DNA of 64,000 bases from Mobula hypostoma (GCF_963921235.1 NC_086109.1:29204001-29268000), one strand, 5' to 3'. Counted from the stretch's first letter, positions 38,665 through 52,506 are shown. Numbers and translations are program-made. The notes: generated from the letters alone by a model not told the origin.

Positions 38665-40240
38665 AAAGCATTCAGCACAAATGGGGTACCTGGCCAAGTA
38701 CTAAAGATCTGTGGTGATCAACTGGCTGGGTATTCACTGAGATCTTTAATCTCATCTGCTTCAAGTAGGCTTCAATTATACCAATGCCTAAGAAGAATAT
38801 GGTAAACCTGCTTCAATGACTATTGTCCATTTGTACTTACGTCCATAGTCATGAAGTGCTTTGTGAGGATGGTGATGAACTTATCAACTCGTCCTTGATA
38901 ATCAACTTGAATCTGCTCCAATTTGCCTACTATCACATCAGGTCCAGAGCAGATGGCATCTCATTGACTTTTCACTCAACCCTGCAACAACTGGGCATCG
39001 AATATGCATACGTCAGGATGCTGTTTATCAATTACAGCTTAACATTCAGTACTATAATCCTTTCAAAACTAATCAATACGTTTCCAGACCTTGGTTTCAA
39101 TACCCCTTTGGGCAATTGGATCTTCAATTTCCTAACTTGCTGACCTCAGTCAGTTTGGATAGGCAACAACATCTCCTCCACAATCTCCAGCATCACAGGT
39201 GCACCAGAAGTCCGTGTTCTTAGACCCCTGCTCTACTCATTTTATACTTATGACTGTGAGGCTAAGCACAGCTCCAATAGCATATGTACATTTGCTGCTG
39301 ATACCACTGTCAGTGACCGAATTATAGGTGGTGACGAATCAGCATATAGGAGGGAAATTGAAAATCTGGCTGAGTGGTGCCATAAAAACAACGTCTCACT
39401 TAATGTCAGCAAGAACAAGAAGCTGCTAATTGACTTCAGGAGGAGGAAACCAGAGGTCCATGAGCCAGTTTTTATGAGGGGATCGGAGGTGGAGAGGATC
39501 CTTGTTAACATTTCAGAGGATCAGTCCTGGCTCTAGCATTTAAGTTCCATTATGAAGAAAGCACAGCAGTGCCTCAACTTCCTTAGAAGTTTGCGAAGAT
39601 TTGACATGACATGTAAAGCTTTGACAAACTTCTATAGATGTGTGGTAAAGAATATACTGTCTGGTTGCATCACAGCCCAGTATGGAAACACCAATTCCCT
39701 TGAAAAGAAAATCCGACAAAGAGTAATGGATATGGCCCAGTCCTTCACAGGTAATGCCCTCCCCACCATTAATCACATCGACACAGAGCGCTGTCGCAGG
39801 GAGCCAACATCCATTATCAGGGACCCCCACCACACAGGCCATGCTCTCTTCTTGCTGCTGCCGTCAGGAAGGAGGTACAGGAGCCTCAGGACCCACACCA
39901 CCAGGCTGAGGCACAGTTATTACCCCTTAACCATGAGGCTCTTGAACTAGGGGGGATAACTTTACTCACCCCATCACTGAATGTTCCCACAACCTATGGA
40001 CTTACATTCGATAACTGTTCATATCATGTTCACAATATTTATGAGTTATTTATTACATATAACAATAATTATTATTTTGTTTTCATTTTTATTTACACAG
40101 TTTGTTGTCATTTGCACATTGGTTGTTCAACTGTCCTGCTTGGTGTGGTCTTTCATCGATTCTACTGTGTTTCTTGGACTTACTGTCTATGCTTGCAAGA
40201 AAACGAATCTTAGAGTTGTATTTGATGACATATGTATTGT
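38665..40240 (+). mobile_element. Rex1/Babar-type LINE RT fragment
   Basis: YVRMLFINYS, FAADT, KKAQQCLNFLRSLRRF, PSGRRYRSLRTHTTRL; stops and frameshifts. Confidence 0.9.
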
Positions 40241-41159
40241 ACTTCCCTCCAAGCTCATAATCTTCTATGGTCCTTGAAGACTGGCATCAATTTAACTCTT
40301 CATTGCCCTCTAGTCTTGGACTTCCGCAAATCACTATCTTCCACTTGACAGCTGTGCTTTGAGCTGCTAAGTCCCGTTCTGAAATGCCCTCTTTAACCAC
40401 CACAGGTCCTTCTCTTCTGTTAAGACTCACAAGTTTATCTACTCTTTCCCGATGAACAGTTAACTTAAAACTTTAGGATCAGCTTAGATTTTTTGTATTG
40501 AATGGAAGCGTTACCTTTGATGTGTTTGTGGATTTTTCGCACTACAAGTAAATACAGCAGCCACAAGGCATTGTTATAAATATTACTGAATTAACTGATT
40601 TACAAATTTTGATGGATTTTATGCTGATAATTCACAAGATTATACACTCTAGTGATAAATTAAAGATCCTGAAAATCATGCATTGCAGTTAGATTACTTA
40701 ATAAAACGTTACTGATGAACCCAATCACTGCTTACATCTCCGATGCTGTTCAGACTTGAATAGGAACAAAAGAAAGAAAACATGCAGACATTTGTGTCTT
40801 GTTGCCCTGCGAGGAGGGGTAATTGCTGCAACAGTGACCCTCACATTAATACTTGAGCTTTAAAACTAGTGCTATTGGCTGCAGTTTTATACAGTCAAAC
40901 ATTCATAACAACATTAAAAACAGAGCAGGAATGGGTCATTCAACTCCCGCCATGCCTGCTTTGCAATTTAATATGATAATAGCTGATCTTTTACCCTACT
41001 GACACTTTCCTATACTAATCCCACACTCCTTGATTCTTAATATTCAAAAGCTAGATTTATCTCTGTCTTGAATATACTCAGTGACCCTGCCTATACTCTT
41101 GTCCTGGGTAGAAATTCCCAAATATTCACGACACTCTAGAAAAAAGTTGAAAGCTCAAA

Positions 41160-41890
41160 GTTAAAGTAAATTTACTATCAATGTACATATACAGGGTATG
41201 TCACAAAATGCAACCTAGAGATTCAATTTCTTGCAGGTATTCACAGTAGAACAAAGACAATGGAATCAATGAAGGACTACACTCAAAGAAAGACCGACAA
41301 ATGGTGCAAATATAGAAAGATGCAAGTAATGATAAATAAATAAATAGATGAATAAATACACAAACAAATAAGTAAATAAATAGACACACAGTTAGGCAGA
41401 TAGAGAGATAAATAAATAAATGAGAACATGCATTATAAAGTCCTGGAAAGTGAGTACAAAGGTTTTGTTCAATTATCAGTTCAGAAGCTATTCATGTTGG
41501 TTCAAGAGCCTGACAATTGAAGCATCTGAAACTGTTAAAAGTGTTCCTGAACCTGCTGGTTTGGGAGCTAAGGCTCCTATATCTTTTTCCTGATGGTAGC
41601 AGTGGGAAGAGAGCATGGCCTTGATTGTGGGGGGGGGGGGTGGGGTGGGGTTCATTGATGATGGATGATGGATGCTGCTTTCTTGTGGTAGTGCTCTTTG
41701 TAGATGTGCTCAATGGCGAGGGATGGACTGGGCTGTATCCATCACTTTTTGTAGGTTTTCCCATTGTTGGGCATTGGTGTGTCCATACCAGACTGTGATG
41801 CAGCCAGTCAGAACACTTTCCAATGTGCAATTATAGAAGATTGTAGAGCTTTTAGTGAACATGCCAAATCTCCACAAACTTCGAAGAAAG
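41160..41890 (-). mobile_element. Rex1/Babar-type LINE 3' fragment within an old CR1
   Basis: FYNCTLESVLTGCITVWYG; LPSGKRYRSL. Confidence 0.8.
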
Positions 41891-43639
41891 AGATTTCTTT
41901 TCAACCTAGTGCTGATAAGCCAACTCCTTATTTTAAACTGTGATCCTGCTTTTTTGACACACAACATACAGCTGAATCGTTATCCTTTCAAGCTCTCTGA
42001 GGATTTGACTCTTTTTCAGAGCTCACTTCTCATTCTTCTAAGCTGAAGAAAGCGTCGCCACACTCTGATTAATCCCACCTCATCGACCATCTCTGAATCA
42101 ATCCAGTGAAGATTCACTGAACTCCCTCTTTTGCAAAAAATTATCCTTTCTTTGGAGGAGAAATCGAAGTTGCACCAAAAAAAATCCAGATGTGACCTCA
42201 CCTGATCTCATTTGGTTTCAGTAAGTTATCTTTGTTCTTGAACTCAAATGGACTTGCAATTGTTCTCAATTGCTTTCACATTCATCATGTTCTCATTTTT
42301 CTATGTCACTGATTGTAATCATAAAATAACTCTGATTGATTTGTCAAATGTGATGTCCTTTCTTAAGTCCACATTCATTTTTCTCAATGCTTTATTAATT
42401 TATAAATGCCCTCTTACTACCTCCTTAATAATAGATTCTAGTATTTCCCTATTGTAATTGTCAGACTAACCTGCTGATTAACTTTCAGTGATTCATAATC
42501 AAGTACACCAGGTCCCTCTGAATGATAGCGTTCAATCAGTCATGTGTAAGAAATACTCTGCCTTTCTATTTTTTTCTCAACTAAATTGGATGACTTATCC
42601 AGCTGCATCATATTTAATATGCTATGTCTTTGCCTGTTTGTTTAACCTATCTATATCCCTTCATGCATACACTGCTACCCATCTTAGAAAATCAGTGAAC
42701 ATTGAACTACCCCTCATGCAAATCATTAATATAGCTTGTGAAGAGTTGAAGTTGCCACACTGATTCCTGGGGCATCCTATTAGTCACAGTTTCCCGTAAG
42801 TAAAAATAACATTTTATTCCTGATCTCTATTTTCTGTCCATTAAAAAATCTCAATCCATGCCAAAATATTTCCCCCCAATTGAATGGTTTAATAGTTTAA
42901 CTGATCCCTTGTCTGACACCTTATTGAAAGCTTCTGAATGTCCAAATAGAGCAGATAATCTTGTTCGTTTTTTATTCTGTTAGAAACAGCTGTTATCCAA
43001 AAAATTCTGAGTGCCCATCTACTACATCCTTAATAGTAGATTCCAACATCTCCCCTTCTTAAGCTATCTGATTTCTAGTTCTTTTTCAAAGTATATTTGT
43101 TCCGATCCTGTGTCTAAGAACTATTCTGGAATCCACAGAAGTTTGATCTGTGAATGACTTCCACTGCTCCCATTATATCAATTGTGAACCTTTTCAAAAT
43201 CTTGAGTTGTAGATCATCAGATCGTGGAGTTTAATTGGATTTCAAACCCATTGAAGCTTAGAATGCTATTCTTTCCTACTGTTAATATTAGCAGCCTCTT
43301 ATTCATGCTAGTTTCATTATTCACCACTATTTTGGATACGTTTTCCATGAAGAAACAAATGTTTAATTTCTCTGCCATGTCTTTATTCCCTAATTTTTCT
43401 GATTTTTGTCTGTAAAGATCCACACAAACCTTTACTACACTTTTTTTCACATCAGTAGAAGCTTTGATGGTCTGGTACAGTCTCAGTAGCTGTGCATCAC
43501 ATTTTACGTAGCGTCTCCTTATCAATTTTGTGGCCTTCCTTCCATTGCTACATTCTGAACCTCACCCAATTTTCAGGCTTGCTATCTTATTTTTTTAGTA
43601 ACAGCACAACACTTTTCCCTTGATCTAATACTTTTAACC

Positions 43640-44090
43640 TCGTGCCAAGATGAGGCCACCCTCAGGGTGAAGGAGCAGCACCTTTTATTCCATCTGGGCA
43701 GCCTCTAACCTGACAGCATGAATATTGATTTCTCCTTCCAGTGAAAAAAAATCTCTCCCCCCATCCCCCTCCTCCTATTCCTCACTCTGGCCTCTTACCT
43801 CTTGTCCTGCCTATTGCCTCCTCCTGGGTTCCCTCCTCCTTTGCTTTCTCCTATGGTCCACTCTCCTCTCCTATCAGATTCCTCCAGCCCCTTATCTTCC
43901 AACCCACCTGGCTTCACTTATAAGCTTCTGGCTATCCTCCTTTCTCTCCCCAAAACTTTCTGTTCTGGCATTCTACCCCTTCCTTTTCAGTCAGGAAGAA
44001 GGGTCTCAGCCCAAAATGGCGATTATTTATTCATGTCCATAGATGCTGCCCTGACCTGCTGAGTTCCTTTGGCATTTTGTGTGTGTTGCT
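43640..44090 (+). mobile_element. Penelope-like element 3' end
   Basis: CQDEATLRVKEQHLLFHLGSL*PDSMNIDFS (GIY-YIG C-terminus), pyrimidine UTR, pLTR with degenerate hammerhead at ~43988-44025. Confidence 0.85.
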
Positions 44091-44978
44091 TTAACTTCTC
44101 TTGTTCTTACAAACTACGTATTGGATTTATTTTAAAGGTTAGCCATTGTTCATTTACAAGGATGCCTTTTAAAGTAATTCCCCAAACTACAGTTTCCACT
44201 CACTCCTCATACCTTCATAAATTGTTTTGCGTAGGTTTTAGAAACTGTTTTCAGATTAGACTGTACCTTAATCTTTGTATTAAAGCTCTATCTTATCATG
44301 ACTGCTCTGCCCCGAAAGACCCTCAACTGCCAGGTTGTTAATTGATCTTTTCTCATCACACAAACACAGATTTAAAACAGCCAACACTCTTGTTGGTTCC
44401 TCAACATATTGATCTAGAAAACTAATTCCCTGATCCTCCAGGAATCTGAACTCCAAAGTATTACAGCTAATTTAAATCACCTGGCCTATCATAGATTGAT
44501 GAATCTTATAATAAATGTATTGCCCTTGTTACATGTGTCTCTGATTTACACACGTACTTCAATATCACCACTACTTTGTTTGGGGGGTGCTGCCAATTCC
44601 TACCAATGTTTCTTCATCTTGCTGTTTCTTTGCTCCACCCAAGCTAATTATAATGCTGATTTTTGAGGGTAGATCTTGTTCTTTGCTGCCTTTGAGCCAT
44701 CCTTTAATGCCTCTACCTCTTTACCATTTTACCTTCCTCTTTGAAGAGTGTCTTGGAATATTTCAATCTCTTCCATGTAACTTTGCACGCCACACCTCTG
44801 TCTTGACCAGACCTTTGCATTTCTTTCTTCCATTAATTCAGCTATAAATAGAATAAGGTAGATGATTTTATACTGAAGTTAGAGACAGGCAGGTATGATT
44901 TTATAGGCATCACTGAATAATGGCTGAAAAAAAGATTATAGTTGGGAGTTTAATGTCCAAGGATACACATTGTATGCC

Positions 44979-45900
44979 AATAAAAATCTGGGACCCATTA
45001 AGGTGCCCATACCTACCCCTTGAGTCTGGACAAAGTAAAAGGAGATAAAGGAGAAATTATTGAGGGTGAGGACCAGTTCTGCCAGATGGAGTTGGGTGGT
45101 GTTAAAGGGGAACTGAGTGGGACTTTTGTTGAGAAAGAATCAGAGCTATTTAAGGCCTTGAATTTTCTGATGATTCAGAGAGGGGTCCTTTTCAAAGGGT
45201 AGGGAAGAGAGTTATCTGAGAGTTTCCGCTTGGCCTCAGAAAGGTAAAGGCCACACTACAACAGCACCCCCTTTGTCTGCAGGTTTAATGGTAAGGTTGG
45301 GATTGGTGGAAAGAGAGTAGAGAGCAGTGCATTCAGAGGGGTAAGTCTTATGGAGGAGTGAGGAGTGCTGAAGTTGAGCCAGTTAATGTCTAGTCAATAA
45401 TTAGAGATGAAAAGATCCAGAGCAGGCAGTGAACCAGAGTGGGATGTCCAAGAAGAGGAGGAGGGTTGGAGACTGGAGAATGGGTCATCAGAGTGGGTTG
45501 GGAATTTTGTCAAAGAAATGAACTTGGAGGTGGAGGCGATGGAAGGAAAGTTCATTATCATGACTGGCATGGAGCTCTCACTGACGTGCAGGTGAAGGGG
45601 GACAAAACTATTCAGAGAAGGGAAGGTCGGAATGAATGGTGAAGACATAGCTGAGTTTAGAGCTGGGAACAGAGGGGGGAGAAGAGATGGTGGCATCAGA
45701 AAGGGTAGGATAAGGGTGCTTATGGAATGTAAGGTGGGAGGAGTCTGAGGACCCAAGGGGTGACGGGGAATCCTGAGAAACTTGGGACTGGAGATTGGTG
45801 GTAGAGGTGGGATCACTTTGAGGACTAGTAGCAGTGAGAAAGGTCTCAGCCTGCAGGTGCTGGTGGCCCAGGTCCAGGTTGGAGCTGAGCTAGAGTTTGT
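44979..45900 (-). mobile_element. Penelope-like RT internal fragment
   Basis: Minus-strand NPNLTIKPADKGGAVVVW, LAELVLTLNNFSF, QTQGVGMGTLMGP motifs. Confidence 0.85.
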
Positions 45901-46127
45901 ATAATTCTTAATTTAAGGTCAAGGAACCCTTAGAAGACAGATCATATGATAGAATTCATGCTGCAGTTTGAGAGATAGAAGATAAAGTCAGATGTATCAG
46001 TACTACAGTGGAGTAAAGGGAATCAGAGAGGCATGAGAGAGGAGTTGGCAAAGTTGATTGGAAAGGGACACTATCAGGGATGATGGCAGAACAAAAATGG
46101 CTAGAATTTCTGGGAGCAATTCGGAGG

Positions 46128-46650
46128 TCATCGTTGTTAGGTCGCACCTGGAATTTCCAGTTGGTGGACGATTTCCCTCCACACCACTCTGGCTTTTTGG
46201 GAAATCATGTTTGTGGCTGGTTACAGCAGTAGTTTGCCTTTGCCTTCTGCCGGGTGAGTTTAAAGAGATCACCACCTCTTGCAGTGGATGACCAGGACGT
46301 CTAAGTGCCTTGTTGTGCTCTTAGAGCTCCACAACCGCCTGCTGGTCTGCCTTCTTGACCGTTGGACCATTAATTGGTCTCTTCCGCTCAATACCCCATG
46401 ACCAGACTTCACATGCTGGGATAGACAGATCCCCTACCTCACCGAGGGGCGAAGACCCATCGGCTATCCTCACCTGGTTTGGCCTGTCTGCCAAGACAGT
46501 TTACCGGGGTGTGGCTGCTCGCGTGCTACAGTTACTTGGAGCCACAGGTGAGAGCTGAGCACCAGGTGGGGACCAAAGTTGGACGAGCTGCCCTGAAAGG
46601 GGCACGGCAAGTCCCCCACCAGAGGTGTAACCCCTCCCTTGACACCCCAT
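46128..46650 (-). mobile_element. non-coding repeat (family of 1774-2290) inserted in CR1
   Basis: CR1 sequence resumes on both sides; caacgatga-like tail; possible TSD cggagg / cagaag. Confidence 0.7.
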
Positions 46651-49377
46651 ACAGAAGACACAGGATAAATACACCCCAAAGATAAAAAAGTATCCTAAAG
46701 GGAGGATGAGGCAACTGTGGCTGACAAAAGAAGTCAAAAACAGCATAAAAGCAAAAGAGAGGACATATAATATAGCAAAAAGTGATGGAAGTTGGAGGAT
46801 TGGGAAGCTTTTAAAAAGCATAGAAGACAACTACAATGCCATAAGGACAGAAAAGATGAGACGTGAAGGTACTCTGCACAGGAAATGTACATTAGCCAAT
46901 AATGTAAAAGAAGATACCAAAAATTTTTTTTCGGATACTGTATATAAAGAGCAAAAGAGAGTCAAGAGTAAATATCAGACCACTGGAAAGTGACATTGGA
47001 GAGGTAGTAATGGGGGATAAAGAAATGACAGATGAGTTTAAGTATTTTGCATCAGTCTTTACTGTTGAAGACACTACCAGTCTGCCAGAAATTTGAGAGT
47101 TTTATGGGTAGAAGTGAATACAGCTGCTATCATTAAGAAAAGGTGCTTGGGAAGCTGAAAGGTCTGGGGGTCGATAAATCACCTGGATCAGACAGGCTAC
47201 ACCTTAGGATTCTGAAAGAGGCAGCTGTAGAGATTGTGGAGACAATCTTTCAAGAATCACTAGATTATGGAATTGTTCCAGAGGATTGAAAACTGCAAAT
47301 GTCACTCCACTCTTTAAGAAGGGAGGGAGGCAGAAGAAAGGAAATTATAGGCTAGTTAGCCTGAATCAGTGGTAGTGTAGATGCTGGAGTCCATAATCAA
47401 GGATGAGGTTTCGGGGTACTTGGAGGAACATCATAAAATAGGCCAAGGTCAGCATGGTTTATTAAGGGGAAATCTTGCCGAACAAATCTGTTGAAACTCT
47501 TTGAGGAAACAGGCAGGACAGACAAAGGAGAGTCAGTGGATGTTGTTCACTTGGACTTTCAGAAAGCCTTTGACAAGGTGCCGCACATGAGGCTGCTTAA
47601 CAAGATGGTATTACAGGAAAGATATTGACATAGATAGAAGATTGGATGATTGGCTGAAGGCAAAGAGTGGGAATATTTCAGCTGGCTACCAGTGAGAAGA
47701 GGCTGGTATTGGTGATCACTTCTTTTCACATTATATGTCAATGATTTGAATGATGTTATTGATGGTTTTGTCGCCAAGGAGGAATCAGGGAGTCGGCAGA
47801 AGGACTTAGACAGTTTGGAATAATGGGCAAAGAAGTGTCAGATGGAATATAGTGTAGGAAAGTTTATGGTCATGCTCTTTCATAGAAGGAATATAGGTGT
47901 AGATTATTTTCTAAGTGGGGAGAAATGCAAAGGAACTTTGGCATCCTTCAGCCAGATTCCCTAAAGGTTAACTTTCAGGTTAAGTTGCTGGTAGGAAAGG
48001 TAAATGCAATGTTCATATTCATTTTGAGAGGATTAGGATATATAAGAGTAAAGTTGTAATGCTGAGGCTTTATAAGGCATTGTTCAGACTTCACCTGGAG
48101 TATTGTGAACTGTTGTGGACCCCTTATCTAAGAGAAGATGTGCTGCCCTGGAAAGGGTCCAGAGCAGGGTCACAAGAATGACTCTAGGAATGAAAGAGAT
48201 AATGTATGAGGAACATTTGACAGCACTGGGTCTGTACTCACTAGAGTTTAGAAGAATGAAGGGAGATCTCATTGAAACCTATCAAATATTCAAATATGGC
48301 GTGGATATGATGTGGATGTTTCCTAGAGTGGTGGAGTCTAGGATCAGAGGACACAGCCTCAGAATAGATTGACATCCATTTAGAATGGAGACAAGAAGGA
48401 ATCTCTTTATCCGGAGAGTAGTGAATCTGAAATTCTTTGCCATGGACGGCTATGAAGGCCAAGTCACTGGGTATCTTTAAAGCTGAGATTGCCAGGTTCT
48501 TGATTAGTCAGGACATCAAAGATAATGAGGAGAAGGCAGGAGGGTAGGATTGAGAGGGATAATAAATCAGCCATGATGGAATGGTGGAGCAAATTCAATG
48601 GGCTAAATGGCCTAATTCTGCTCCTATGTCTTATGGCTTTATAAGTATACACTTTGAATCATAAGATTTTCAAACAATTGGCTTACCTGAATAATCCATA
48701 ATGTTTGAGTGCTGTCTTTGGAAAATTTCCCTTCAGTTGTCTTGCTTACACTTTACAGAAGGCCATTTTGTGAAGCTGAGGGCATTACAGACTGGTGTCC
48801 ATGCAGAAAGGAAAGTGGTACTAATTTTTTTAATCTTATAGATTCTGCACAGGAGAGGGTTTAATATAAACATGCCAGTTCTCTTTCTATGTTTATACTG
48901 TAGAGCAGGTGAGTTTACATATCACTATAACATCCAACTGAGCTATTATACAAGCCTTTTTGTAAATTCTATAATTGCCTCCTGAGTTTTCAAAGGGCCG
49001 GGAGAGAACTTTACTTCACAAAAAGCCTGTTCAATAATATCAATGTAGCTTGTATTACACTATTCCATTCCTTTTATATTATCTTTAGAAGCCCTCGGGC
49101 CTTACTTTTTTGACAAACTGTTTTTCATTCTTAAGCAAGAGCATGCTGTGTTTTGGTGGAATCTTTGTCACACAGAATTTGGAGCAGAGGGTAATTGACT
49201 GAAACAGTGCACAGTATGGCAGCAGCTGATTTCAACTCCTTTGTGTTTACTCTTTCTTACAATTTTGGTTTGGGGTATATTGCCTGCATTTTGGTCTTCT
49301 GTTTGAATTAGTCATTCAGTATCAAGGTCAGCTGGACTGTCATGTGTGCATGCTCCAAGAGTTGAAATTTTCACTTT

Positions 49378-50387
49378 ATACTCCTGCTGCTTTATTAGGT
49401 GCAGGATGTACAGAACATTCACTGAGTAAATGTTTTTTTTAATCACTAATTTTTTATTGCAACACCAACAAATTACATTCAATACAACCAGTTGCTGATT
49501 ACATTATGACTGTTTAACCTAGCCACCCCCCAACCTTTATCACCATCCCCCCCTCCACCCCTCATCCTCTTCCTCATCCCCACCCCCTCTCCACTGCTGC
49601 CCCTCCTCTCCACCCCTCGCTCCCCACCCATCCCTCTCCCCTCCACCAACCAACTGAATAGATGTGCATACACAGACAGAGCATTCCTATTTTAACAGAA
49701 GATCTTTTAAGTTAGATATCAAATTTGTCCACATTAAGATTGTGTTTGGTCGTGCATCATTTACTCTTGCTGACGATAGTTCCAGGTAAGAAATGTCCAA
49801 AAAGCTCTGAAGCCAGTGAGTATTTGAAATATCCTGGGGAGGTTTCCAACGCTGAACTACAATCTTCTTAGCTGCAGTCAGGCCTGCCAGCCAGACTTTG
49901 CGTGTTTTTTCACTGAGTAAATGTTCATGGTTTTCTTCTGCTGCCATAGCCCACTTACTTCAAGGTTTGTCATGTTGTGCATTCAGAGATGTCCTTCTGC
50001 ACATCATTGATGTATGGTATGCTTTTAGAGTCAGCTTGAACCAATCTGGTCATTCTCCTCCGACCTCTCTCTCTCACCACAGAACTGTCACTCACTGGAT
50101 TTTTTATTTGTTTATCACATTTTCTGTAAACTCTAGAGATTGTTGTGCAGAAAATTCCCAGGAGATCAATAGTATCTGAGATACTCAAGCTATCCCCTCT
50201 GACACCAACAATCATTCCACTGGCATGGTCACAAAGATGATATTTCTTCCGTATTCTGATGTTTGAATCTCCTGACCACTTCTGCCTCCTTTCATGTATT
50301 GAGTTTCTGCCACATGATTGGCTGTCTTGATATTTGCATTAATGAGCAGGTGTACAGGCCCGCCTAATTAAGTGACCACTGAGAGTA
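49378..50387. mobile_element. Tc1/mariner-derived MITE interrupted by an L1-type insert
   Basis: ctttattaggtg left TIR remnant; cctaattaagtgaccactgag right TIR; homologous to 18075-18434. Confidence 0.75.
49435..49908 (-). mobile_element. 5'-truncated L1-clade LINE with poly(A) and 17-bp TSD
   Basis: Open ORF2 C-terminus LTAAKKIVVQRWKPP..HWL; AATAAA and A-tail; ttcactgagtaaatgtt at 49418-49434 and 49909-49925. Confidence 0.85.
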
Positions 50388-51016
50388 TTTGTAAGCAACT
50401 TTCCCCACTTTCACTTCCTCTTACTCAGTTTCCTTTCCAGATGCTGCTGGAGAGCTCAGTGCACAGCAAGGGGCGTAGCACTTCACAGCAACTCCTCCTT
50501 ACCAAGTTGTCAGATGTCAAGAGCATGGCATTGACCAAGCATGCTGTGCAAGGTGTATGGAACTTGTTGAGAACTTCATGTTTATTTTTTCTTTAGTTAC
50601 AGATTTTGTTGTGTGAATCAGAGGCTGGAAAAACTCCAAGCTCCTATTCCATTCCAGCCTCTGCTGTTAATGCCAATGCATGTATCTATGCACATTGACA
50701 AAAGAAAGTCGAGGGTATGTGACTCTTACAAAACCAGTGCAGATTGAGCCTTACCAAACCGATGTTCAGGTCTCCAATCCTACTGATTTATGATACTGAG
50801 GACACTGAAGAAACCATAGGCGCCTGATGGGGATTGCTGGGGGTTAGAACTGATCTTTCTCTGGTTCACAACATCAAGCTGTTTAATGCAAACCCTAATA
50901 TAGAAGGATTTAGAGGAAGAGAGATGTGGCCATCACCGCTCAGTTTGAGTATGCAATGTAGCCTATCAGAGATAAAATGACAGGATGATCTGAATTCTCA
51001 AGGGAGAAAATTAATG

Positions 51017-51091
51017 GTTTCTGTGGTGTTGTGGTTATCACATTCGCTTTGCATGTGAAAGGTATCTAGTTCAGTCCTGGGCAAAAAAAAA
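51017..51091 (+). pseudogene. decayed tRNA-Val-like copy
   Basis: GTTTCTGTGGTGTTGTGGTTATCACATTCGCTTTGCATGTGAAAGGT closely follows the vertebrate tRNA-Val body; T-arm and acceptor end damaged; A9 run follows. Confidence 0.75.
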
Positions 51092-51106
51092 TACTGTTCA
51101 TTTATT

Positions 51107-51350
51107 GGGCACCGCATTAGCATAGTAGTTAGTGTAATGCTATTACACTGTCAGAGATCCAGGTTCAATACTGCTGCAGTCTGTAAGGAGTTTCTAAATT
51201 CCACATTCTCCCTTGGATTTCTCTGGATGCTCCAGTTTCCTCCTACATTCCAAGGACATAGAGGTTGTAGATTAATTGGTCCTTGGATGTAATTTGGCAG
51301 TTGGACCAGAGAAACCAACTGGTTACAGTGCCGTGTCTTTAAATAAATAT
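51107..51350 (+). mobile_element. tRNA-derived V-SINE
   Basis: tagcatagtag / ggttcaatac boxes; ctgtaaggagttt; tccagtttcctcc. Confidence 0.65.
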
Positions 51351-51961
51351 ATTTTTTAAAAAACTAGTGTACAAGCAATCTCCTGTTACCAAGGTAACAA
51401 CAAATTTAAATATGCAAAATGACTTTACTCACAGCACTTTCATTTATTTTAATTGGTTGAGGTAATCATAATGTCAAGCTTTTAGAAAACCAGAATATAT
51501 TAAAATAACATACAAAGCAAACAATTCTAAATGCATTATTTCATGTAAACATAGGCCAGGGCATTGATAGCCCATTCTCGACTACATTTTGGAAACTTTA
51601 CCAAGTATTGGGAACTTACAAGTATTTCCTCTATTTAACAAGTTTTGAAAACCCACAAATATTTTCTCATTGCTGACAAAGATATTCCTTCCAGGTCTGA
51701 TGAAAAACAATTTTCTGTCCAGCTCCATCCACTGGGTTAAAAAACTGCACCTTTATAGCAATTTTTTCCCAGAACAAACAAGATGCATGAATGAAAAGTT
51801 AACTCATTTTCTTTTTCCATAGATGCCATCAAGGTATGTGCAACAGCTTCTGCTATTACTTTAGATTTCCAATATCCCCAGTTTCATACATTAGCAGTAA
51901 ATAAAGCATATGAGATCTCTTTATTTAAGACATGTATGTAACACAATTATCTTAATTTTAA

Positions 51962-52245
51962 GGAGCTTCACATGAGCATAGTGGTTTGCACAATGCTTTG
52001 CATAAACAGCAACCTGGGATCCATTCCCACCACTGCCTGTAAGGAGTTTGTACGTCTCCCCGAGACTGCGTGGGTTTCCTCTGCGTGCTCCGGTTTCCTC
52101 CCACAGTCATGTTGTCAGGTTAATTGGTCATTGTGTAAATTGTCCCGTGATTAGGGAAGGGTTAAATCAGGGGTTGTTGGACAGCACGGCTTGAGGGGCT
52201 GAAAGGGCCTGTTCCACGCTGTATCCCTATAAAATATAAAATAAG
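51962..52245 (+). mobile_element. tRNA-derived V-SINE
   Basis: V-domain gagtttgtacgtctccccgagactgcgtgggtttcctctgcgtgctccggtttcctccca; gggcctgttccacgctgtat 3' end. Confidence 0.8.
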
Positions 52246-52340
52246 ACCATATTAACTATGGAGGGCCACACAAATGCATGATGAGGTAGAAGGTCTGAAG
52301 CTGTTCTCAAATTGAAGGAAGAGAATTAGGGAGGTATCCA

Positions 52341-52506
52341 TAGTCATAGTCATAGTCATACTTTATTGATCCTGAGGGAAATTGGGTTTCGTTACAGTTA
52401 CACCAACCAAGAATGGAGTATAAATATAACAATATAAAACCATAAATAATTAAATAATAATATGTAAATTATGCCAGGAAATAAGTCCAGGACCAGCCTA
52501 TTGGCT
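52341..52506 (-). mobile_element. short 3' insert of the 29576 Rex1-type family
   Basis: Near-identical to 29578-29730; tatcca duplicated at both ends. Confidence 0.8.

Larger units (their letters stand above)
40905..44700 (-). mobile_element. old, heavily decayed CR1 LINE carrying later insertions
   Basis: CR1 3' end at ~40905-41140; ttattgaaagcttctga (FRKLSI, RT-like); ccattgaagcttag and gatctagaaaac remnants. Confidence 0.55.
44840..48640 (+). mobile_element. CR1 LINE ORF2 (endonuclease and RT), pseudogenised, with two nested inserts
   Basis: YDFIGITE*WL, QGYTLY; ANVTPLFKKG, NYRLVSL, QHG, LDFQKAFDKVPH, LERVQSRVTRM, RMKGDLIETY; ctcctatgtcttatgg tail. Confidence 0.9.

Noticed and set aside
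45394..45816. Pro/Ser-rich 140-aa ORF
   Set aside because: Largely off-frame reading of the decayed Penelope ORF.
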